NCBI GenBank assembly: GCA_951406725.2
Contig: OX597820.1
Location: 126,790,001 to 126,854,000 of the forward strand
DNA: 64,000 nt
Reading direction: 5' to 3'
Source of the DNA: Octopus vulgaris
Taxonomy: Eukaryota
Positions 60,910-64,000 of this stretch are shown here, piece by piece. A program made the position numbers and the translations under genes. Every line of letters begins with the position of its first letter. Position 1 is the stretch's first letter. The notes below the pieces were generated by a model. The model was given only the letters and a program-made list of their open reading frames with translations. It did no database searches and had not been told where the DNA came from.

Positions 60910-61284
60910 CGATGGGCTTCTTTCAGTTGCCGTCTACCAAATCCACTCACAAGGCTATGGTCGGCCTGAGGCTATAGTAGAAGACACTTGCCGAAAGTGC
61001 CATGCAGTGAGACTGAACCCAGAACCATGTGGTTCATAAGCAAGCTACTTACCACACAGCCACTCCCACATCTAAGGGCAAATTTATTCTTAAATAATTT
61101 TTACAATGCCATTTGATATGATTGCAATTCTAAATGTCTCTATATATATCTTTATACATCTATACTTTTATTCATCTTCACTTTTATAGCCTGGTTCCAT
61201 TTGTCTATTTATATATGTATATCAAATTTTTATATATTTATGTATTCATAGATTTTTAATGTTTTAATATTTTAATGATTGATA
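60351..61284. mobile_element. Inverted-repeat-bounded AT-rich element with a degenerate hammerhead (60447-60534), interrupted by SINE A
   Basis: 60351-60421 inverts to 61216-61284; tct-CTGATGG-agg...cagtatcca/tggattactg...cct-GAAA-gagcca-tg-ag. Confidence 0.5.
60655..61070 (-). mobile_element. SINE family A, full length
   Basis: Collinear with 2360-2815. Confidence 0.9.
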
Positions 61285-62262
61285 GATTTTTATATATTTA
61301 AAAACTGACATACATCGATCCATGGTGGAATATATGTTTATATAGATTATTGAACCTTTTGAATTCTCCTTAACATTTATATATATGTGGTGGCTGTCCC
61401 CTCATTATTGAGTATGGTCATTGCATGAAGCTTAATCAATGTTGTTATCATGCAATGCCTGTGCAAGAAGATTTTTTTTTTAAAGTGAGGAAAGGCTGTG
61501 CACTCACTAAGCAAGAGCAGTCATAATCCGGAAAGAAGAACGAGTCAACATCATCGGTAACCACTGAGCTGCAGGTTTTATGTTGGAGTTATCCCAGTTA
61601 CCTGAGTTACCTTTTCCTAGAAGGATGCCCTAACAAAGGCTAGGAGTTCTTCACCCCCAATGGCTTGACCACACGACCGGGTATTCAGACTGATTATTTC
61701 TATGTCCCCGAACATGATACAGCCTTAAGACATTTATTGAATGGCCATTGACTCTCAAGAATTCTTCCGCCCTTTGATGGGTTTTGTTTTTCATCCCATA
61801 GGGTGTCCGATAAACACCCTCCTCACAAAGCAAGCTTGGTGGGGTTGCCGGTTTAGTCACCGACGACCCAACCATACATACATACATACACACATACACA
61901 CATACATACATACATATATACATACATACATACATACATATATATATATATATATCATCATCATCATCATCATCGTTTAGCGTCCGCTTTCCATGCTAGC
62001 ATGGGTTGGACAGGTCAACTGGGGTCTGTGAAGCTGGAAGGCTTCGTCAGGCCCAGTCAGATCTGGCAATGTTTCTACGGCTGGATGCCCTTCCTATATA
62101 TATAATAATAAATATTAGGGAATAAATCCAAATTTACAGGATGTATTGATTAAGTCTTTCCTTGTTTGATTTGCAAAATAGTGGTTTTGTCTCTAATTAA
62201 TATTATATATATATATATATATTTAAAAAAGGAGATGTGGAACACGAGTTGTGATATATAAA

Positions 62263-63728
62263 AAAAGGAAATGAAGAAAATGCTGACAAAATAATTTAAG
62301 TAAGGGAGAGTGTATTTAATTAGGTGAAAGTTCTTTTTACCGGTTGCGCATTTGTTATGCTTATCAAAAGATATTTTTTTAAGAGAGATAGAGTTCCTTT
62401 CTGATAGATTTTTTTTCTCTTATCTGACTTTATGTTGGGTTTGCTGTCTCTTATATGTGAAAAAAGAGGCTCCAGAGTTGTTTAAGATTTGCTTGGTTTC
62501 GCGCCTAAAATTTCTTGTGGACAATGGTCAATACAATTTTGATTGGTCATTATAAAGGGGTTACTTGAATGTTCGAATGGAAGTTGGTGTTGGGGTAAGA
62601 AAATAGGCTCCAGAGATGTTAAAATTTGGCTAGTGTCATGCCTAAAATTTCTTATTGGTCATAATAAAGAGGTCACGTGGATGTGGTCATAATAGAGAGG
62701 TCATGTGAATGTTTAGAATGAATGATGGTGTGGGTGGTGTATGGAGTTTTCGAAAATAGCTTTGTTGAAAATTCTTATTGTTCAGGCTGGTCAGTAGACG
62801 TCATGTGGATATTTTAAATAGTGTTGGATGTTTTGCACCCGTATCAAATTATAATTTGATACGGGTGCAAAATAATTTGATACAGGTGCAAAACATCCAA
62901 CACTATTTTTTGGAAATGACTGTAAATATTGACTTCACACAAACACGTTGCTTCCCGATACAGGCACAAGGCCAGCAGAACTATAAATATTGAAAATTGT
63001 ACCCACACATGCACACATATATACACGCGCGTGCGCCCCAACATACATGTAAACACACACACACACGTGCGCACACATACATGCATATAGCTCTTCCTGT
63101 CCTAAACGAACTTACTTATCCAGCTCAATCAGTCAAGTGGAAAATACACTCCTTAACTACGCGCTAAAAGGCTATTTAAAATATCCACATGACGTCTACT
63201 GACCAGCCTGAACAATAAGAATTTTCAACAAAGCTATTTTCGAAAACTCCATACACCACCCACACCATCATTCATTCTAAACATTCACATGACCTCTCTA
63301 TTATGACCACATCCATGTGACCTCTTTATTATGACCAATAAGAAATTTTAGGCATGACACTAGCCAAATTTTAACATCTCTGGAGCCTATTTTCTTACCC
63401 CAACACCAACTTCCATTCAAACATTTACGTGACCCCTTTATAATGACCAATCAAAATTTTATTGACCATTGTCCACAAGAAATTTTAGGCGCGAAACCAA
63501 GCAAATCTTAAACAACTCTGGAGCCTCTTTTTTCACATATAAGAGACAGCAAACCCAACATAAAGTCAGATAAGAGAAAAAAATCTATCAGAAAGGAACT
63601 CTATCTCTCTTAAAAAATATCTTTTGATAAGCATAACAAATGCGCAACCAGTAAAAAGAACTTTCACCTAATTAAATACACTCTCCCTTACTTAAATTAT
63701 TTTGTCAGCATTTTCTTCATTTCCTTTT
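62263..63728. repeat. Long inverted repeat: ~558-bp arms, 350-bp spacer
   Basis: 62263-62821 is the near-exact reverse complement of 63172-63728; (TA)n nearby on both sides. Confidence 0.95.
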
Positions 63729-63738
63729 GATATATATA

Positions 63739-63776
<38 letters not shown>

Positions 63777-63805
63777 TATACATACATACGTACACACACA
63801 TATAC

Positions 63806-63966
63806 TGGTGCAGGCATGGCTGTATACTAAGAAGCTTGCTTTCCTACCACATGGTTCTGGGTTCAGTCCCACTGCTCAGCACCTTGGGCAAGTGTCTTCT
63901 ACTATAGCCTTGAGCCAGCCAAAGCCTTGTGAGTGGATTTGGTAGACGGAAACTGGAAGAAGTCCG

Positions 63967-63970
<4 letters not shown>
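63806..63970 (+). mobile_element. SINE family A 5' half
   Basis: ggtgcaggcatggctgt...caccttgggcaagtgtcttc...ggatttggtagacggaaac. Confidence 0.85.

Positions 63971-64000
<30 letters not shown>

Overview
AT-rich, repeat-saturated eukaryotic non-coding DNA. The SINE families and microsatellite load suggest an octopus/cephalopod genome (inference). I found no host protein-coding exon; almost all listed ORFs are translations of microsatellites. Content: many tRNA-derived SINEs, decayed LINEs (R4/Dong-like in (TAA)n tracts, RTE, CR1-like), a deleted mariner, several MITE-like elements, a Penelope-like GIY-YIG remnant split by an ~0.8 kb 28S rRNA fragment, a tRNA-Phe pseudogene, 104-bp and 71-bp tandem arrays, and a 4.45-kb (TTA)n array. 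The main signal is a dispersed set of small non-coding, often palindromic elements sitting in (TA)n tracts that carry minimal type I hammerhead ribozymes. One locus (14977-16160) has two inverted intact-core hammerheads plus a third with a compensatory G3:C8 core swap. All calls were made by eye and coordinates of decayed repeats are approximate.
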